From: an uncultured virus (IMG/VR IMGVR_UViG_3300027706_000278) | Taxonomy: Duplodnaviria; Heunggongvirae; Uroviricota; Caudoviricetes | Length of the DNA: 20,000 nt | Direction: 5' to 3' (one strand) | IMG/VR virus record: IMGVR_UViG_3300027706_000278 | Shown: positions 17,070-20,000 of the stretch, in pieces | Position numbering within the stretch: the stretch's first letter is position 1 | Layout: every line of letters begins with the position of its first letter | Program-made: the position numbers and the translations under genes | Notes under the pieces: model-generated | Database searches by the model: none | The model's input: the letters and a program-made list of their open reading frames with translations, nothing else | What the model was told of the DNA's origin: nothing

Positions 17070-18631
17070 CGAATCCTTCCGCTCTTGACGAACACCGGCG
17101 CGCCGTTCTCCTTGTGGCGCTTGTCGGAGAAGTCCTGTGCAGCCTGCTCGACTGCTACCCCGCGCGCGTGAGCTGCATCCATGAACGTTTCGCCCGTGTC
17201 GTGAAGTATTACCGGCTCGCGCGTGAGCGCCGACAACCGATGCACGATCACGTCGCAATACGCCGGAGAGATTTCACAGCCGCAGCCAATCCGGTCCAGC
17301 ACATGTGCGGCAGCGATGGTCGTACCGCTGCCGAGGAACGGATCGAAGAGCATGTCGCCCGGATCGGAGTAGGCCTTTACGAAGAACTCGACCAGCGCGC
17401 GAGGGAACGGCGCGCTATGCGATCCCTGGCTCGACTCGGTCTTTGCCTCGATTACGTTCGACGGCCGCGCGATCCCGCCGTGCCGACCTTCCATGTTCCC
17501 GGCATTGCGGCGCGTGGTCTGCCAGGCATCGTGGTTCTTGCCGCGGTCGGCCGCGGCGCCACGCGGCCCCGTGCCCAGGAGCCCGCTGCCGGACGTGGAC
17601 TTCGGATTGTTCGGCGAGTAGTCGAAGCAGTCGTCGGACCAATGGCCGACCCGTCTCGGTCGAAACTTGATCGTGCAGTTCAAGCAAAAGTGAAACACCG
17701 GCTCCCAGGCGTTCTTGAAGCGGTTGCCCCACCCGCCAGGTACGCCGTCGTCGGTTTTGCGCCAGCACAGCTCGTCGACGAAGCGCCAGCCCCACTGCCG
17801 CTTGTGAGCCAGCACCAGGTCCTTCACGTACAGGCTGCGCTCGCCGTCCTCCGCGTGCTCCTTGATGTTCAGAAAGTACGAGCCGTCCGGCGCCAGCACG
17901 GCGGCCAGGTTCGCCGCCACGTCTGCATACCAGGCGACGTACTCCTCCGGCGCGACCGGCCGGAATCCACTCGATGGATCGTAGGCGCGCTGCGAGGCAT
18001 ACGGCGGCGAGGTGATTACCATGTTGACCTGGCGCGCGTCCTTCTTCTCCGGGTCGAGCAAGCGGCTCACGACCGCCAGGTCCCGGCAATCGCCGCAAAT
18101 CAGCCGGTTCCGGCCGATGACCCACAAGTCGCCAGGCCGGGTAACCGGATTCGCAGGCTGTTCGGGGACCTCATCAACCGCAGCGTCCGTGTCCTCGGGC
18201 TCGTTCGCGGCCAGCAGCTCCTCCAGTTCCTCATCGGAGAAGCCGATCTTGCCGAGATCCATGCCCATGGATTCGAGGTCCCGCAGCTCGCCCGCCAGCG
18301 TCACCTCGTCCCACCCCGCGTTCTCCGCGAGCTTGTTGTCGGCGATAATATATGCGCGCCGTTGGGTCTCGTTGAGGTGGTCCAGCACCACCACCGGCAC
18401 GGCTTCGAGGCCCAACTTGCGCGCCGCCAGCAGACGCCCGTGGCCGGCGATGATCCCCGCATTGGTGTCCACGAGGATCGGGTTGACGAAGCCGAAAGCC
18501 AGGATCGAGGCCGCGATCTGCGCAACCTGCTCGGGCGAGTGCGTCCGCGCGTTCTTCGCATACGGCACGAGCCGGTCGGCCGGCCAGATCTCGATGCGCT
18601 TCGCCATCGCGGGCGTAATGGAGGTGCTCAT
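17066..18631 (-). CDS. ParB-N-terminal DNA methyltransferase, beta class, SPPY (probable N4-cytosine)
   Basis: ParB-like PYAKNARTH...IIAGHGRL, then TSPPY, HSAPFP and DPFLGSGTT. Confidence 0.93.
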   Translation of the reverse strand: MSTSITPAMAKRIEIWPADRLVPYAKNARTHSPEQVAQIAASILAFGFVNPILVDTNAGIIAGHGRLLAARKLGLEAVPVVVLDHLNETQRRAYIIADNKLAENAGWDEVTLAGELRDLESMGMDLGKIGFSDEELEELLAANEPEDTDAAVDEVPEQPANPVTRPGDLWVIGRNRLICGDCRDLAVVSRLLDPEKKDARQVNMVITSPPYASQRAYDPSSGFRPVAPEEYVAWYADVAANLAAVLAPDGSYFLNIKEHAEDGERSLYVKDLVLAHKRQWGWRFVDELCWRKTDDGVPGGWGNRFKNAWEPVFHFCLNCTIKFRPRRVGHWSDDCFDYSPNNPKSTSGSGLLGTGPRGAAADRGKNHDAWQTTRRNAGNMEGRHGGIARPSNVIEAKTESSQGSHSAPFPRALVEFFVKAYSDPGDMLFDPFLGSGTTIAAAHVLDRIGCGCEISPAYCDVIVHRLSALTREPVILHDTGETFMDAAHARGVAVEQAAQDFSDKRHKENGAPVFVKSGRIR

Positions 18632-18641
18632 TCTGGGTTGT

Positions 18642-18682
18642 GCGGGGCGGGACCGTCCGAATCGGCTCTCAGCCCGCCCCGC
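18642..18682. repeat. Perfect 10-bp GC inverted repeat in the methyltransferase leader
   Basis: GCGGGGCGGG (18642-18651) pairs with CCCGCCCCGC (18673-18682). Confidence 0.7.
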
Positions 18683-18709
18683 TGGTTGGTTCGCGTGTTG
18701 GGTGGATCT

Positions 18710-19231
18710 CTAAGCGGTCGGCTTCGCCTGCGTCTGACTCGGCGTGGACGCGCCGCCCGAGGCGGTCACGACCACCGGCACCAGCGCGGCAATCGTCTGC
18801 GAGATGGCCGCCGCCAGAGCGCTGGCGATGACCGGCGTCAGGGCGGTGAACAGGTTCGCGACGTTGGCCGTAACAGCCTCCGCGCTCACCGCCTCCCCAG
18901 CGCCAGCAGCCGCCACCGCGCCCTTGGTGGTCTCGCTGGCGGCAATACCAGCGGGCGAAACCGTCTGCTGGCTTTCGGTCGTCCCGACCTGCCCGGCCAG
19001 GACCAGGCCAGCGTTGATGGCGTGATCGATCGTCGCCGCATTCTGCGCGCGCCGATTCGCAATCTGTGCCTGCTCCAGGGAGACAGCTTCCCACGCCCTC
19101 TGCCGCGCCAGCGTCTCGCGGCGGCTGTCCAACTCCTCGTCGAAGAGGAGCTTGATGTTCTCCGCGCCGCCCAACAGCGTCGGCTGGTGGGTCACTGCGG
19201 GAGCGAGATTCGGATTCGGGTTCGGTTCCAT
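18710..19231 (-). CDS. Ala-rich hypothetical protein, 173 aa, with hydrophobic/amphipathic C-terminal helix
   Basis: GAAAGGA SD, GC3-biased codons, co-oriented with the operon. Confidence 0.8.
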   Translation of the reverse strand: MEPNPNPNLAPAVTHQPTLLGGAENIKLLFDEELDSRRETLARQRAWEAVSLEQAQIANRRAQNAATIDHAINAGLVLAGQVGTTESQQTVSPAGIAASETTKGAVAAAGAGEAVSAEAVTANVANLFTALTPVIASALAAAISQTIAALVPVVVTASGGASTPSQTQAKPTA

Positions 19232-19254
19232 TATTGCGTCCTTTCGTGAATTGA

Positions 19255-19404
19255 TCAGGCTTTACCTTTCACCACGACTTGCTTCGTGGGGTTCCTGCGC
19301 CCGCGCCGTTTACGCGTCGGGTTGCGACGATGGCCGCAGGGCCAGGATGGAGACGGGTGGGTGAATCGTTTCCCGCATCGGCGGGAATGCTTCTCGACGT
19401 TCAT
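19255..19404 (-). CDS. Possible 49-aa Arg/Lys-rich peptide (MNVEKHSRRCGKRFTHPSPSWPCGHRRNPTRKRRGRRNPTKQVVVKGKA)
   Basis: AGGAGG lies 5 nt before ATG 19404; too short for the ORF track; codon usage is atypical. Confidence 0.4.
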   Translation of the reverse strand: MNVEKHSRRCGKRFTHPSPSWPCGHRRNPTRKRRGRRNPTKQVVVKGKA

Positions 19405-19413
19405 GACGACCTC

Positions 19414-19428
19414 CTAGTGGTCTGTCAT
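19414..19428 (-). other. Possible 4-codon minigene ATG ACA GAC CAC TAG (MTDH*)
   Basis: Preceded by AAAGGAGG at 6-nt spacing; its TAG overlaps the next SD (TAGGAGG). Confidence 0.45.
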
Positions 19429-19445
19429 GGGCGTCCTCCTTTCGT

Positions 19446-19521
19446 TGGAGCCAGAGGCCCGAGTCGAACGGGCAACCTGATGTTTACGAAACATCTGCTC
19501 TGCCAATTGAGCTACTCCGGC
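19446..19521 (-). tRNA. tRNA-Thr (anticodon CGT), CCA encoded
   Basis: 76-nt cloverleaf: acceptor GCCGGAG/CTCTGGC, D arm GCTC/GAGC, anticodon arm GATGT-TTCGTAA-ACATC, T arm GCCCG-TTCGACT-CGGGC, ending TCCA. Confidence 0.97.
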
Positions 19522-19695
19522 TCAGTAGATCGCTCCGTACCTGCGGCACACCGCCTGCGCGGCCGCCTCGAACGCGACGCGCACCCGCGCCGGCAGTTCC
19601 TCGAACGGCGGGAGCCGGTCACCGGAAACTTCGGGCTGGCCGGTCTCGTAAGCCTCGCGGTATGCCTCGTAAGCCACTTCGCCGTGCGTCTTCAC
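19522..19695 (-). CDS. Small phage protein, 57 aa (G.VAYEAY...G..LP.F..L......AF.AAA.AV type)
   Basis: GTG at 19695 overlaps the upstream TGA (GTGA); corresponds to the C-terminal part of the listed 150-aa ORF. Confidence 0.7.
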   Translation of the reverse strand: MKTHGEVAYEAYREAYETGQPEVSGDRLPPFEELPARVRVAFEAAAQAVCRRYGAIY

Positions 19696-20000
19696 GCCGC
19701 GGCCCCCGGCTTCTGCTTGCTCAAATCCGGCACGAGCATGTGCCGCATCTCGTGGCCGTAGCGCTGGCAATCCTGGTACTCGGTGCCGTACACCGTGCGC
19801 TGGCACGTGCAGCAATACGCGATCAGGCGCCGCGCGCCCGGCGAGAGGCGCGCCGGGATCGCCGGCCCACGGAGCAGGTCCGTCATATACGGGATCATGC
19901 CGATCCGCGGCTTCGGCTTGGGCGGCTCGTCGTTGCGGACCAGGATTGCGTGACCATCCGGCGTCCAAATGCAACCGGGGCGCGGCGCTGCCATGTTCAT
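19692..20000 (-). CDS. Hypothetical protein with a possible metal-binding motif (CCTC-x11-C-x4-H); start may lie outside the window
   Basis: Open frame to the window edge; stop coupled to the next gene. Confidence 0.55.
   Translation of the reverse strand: MNMAAPRPGCIWTPDGHAILVRNDEPPKPKPRIGMIPYMTDLLRGPAIPARLSPGARRLIAYCCTCQRTVYGTEYQDCQRYGHEMRHMLVPDLSKQKPGAAA

Larger units (their letters stand above)
1..20000 (-). mobile_element. Late region of a lambda-like tailed (pro)phage; both ends lie outside the window
   Basis: Co-oriented, tightly coupled terminase-portal-protease-capsid-tail tube-chaperone-tape measure gene order. No sheath gene, integrase or att site is seen in the window. Confidence 0.97.

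Noticed and set aside
15819..18631. Restriction-modification or ParABS partition system
   Set aside because: No endonuclease, ParA or parS-like repeats; the ParB-like domains are N-terminal fusions to MTases.
17114..19249. 711-aa plus-strand ORF
   Set aside because: Antisense to the motif-bearing methyltransferase and the 173-aa gene; no recognisable domain.
19232..19445. Hammerhead or tRNA-associated HDV-like (theta) ribozyme
   Set aside because: CTGATCA...GAAA does not match the CUGANGA core, and I could not build an HDV-like nested pseudoknot at the tRNA 3' end by eye.
19446..19521. tRNA as prophage attachment site or as a recoding/suppressor tRNA
   Set aside because: No integrase or duplicated tRNA 3' end in the window and phage-like genes lie on both sides. 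The anticodon is ordinary Thr, and TAA, TAG and TGA all end genes normally.
1..20000. CRISPR array, DGR, intron/intein or contractile sheath
   Set aside because: No spaced repeats, reverse transcriptase, interrupted core genes or sheath-sized gene seen; terminase, portal and capsid are of normal length.

Overview
High-GC window made up entirely of the late (packaging, head and tail) region of a lambda-like, probably non-contractile-tailed temperate phage or prophage, transcribed mainly on the minus strand. In transcription order (right to left): two small ORFs, an intact tRNA-Thr(CGT), a structured leader with a 4-codon minigene and a 49-aa basic ORF, an Ala-rich 173-aa protein, two tandem ParB-N-terminal DNA methyltransferases (SPPY and DPPY types), a small ORF, an antisense DUF3489-like gene, small and GpA-type large terminase, gpW-like protein, small membrane protein, lambda-type portal, S49 protease with a probable nested scaffold, capsid cement protein, major capsid protein, three accessory head-region genes, head-tail joining and tail terminator-like genes, tail tube, a tail chaperone with a clear -1 frameshift into a Cys-rich extension, a Zn-ribbon protein, a displaced Mu gpG/P2 gpS-like gene, an antisense lower-GC membrane-protein moron, and the 5' 2 kb of the tape measure gene, which the ORF track misses. 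Most notable: the frameshifted Zn-finger tail chaperone, the tRNA/minigene/hairpin cassette, and an intrinsic terminator directly in front of the capsid gene. All family assignments come from motif recognition and synteny, not database searches.
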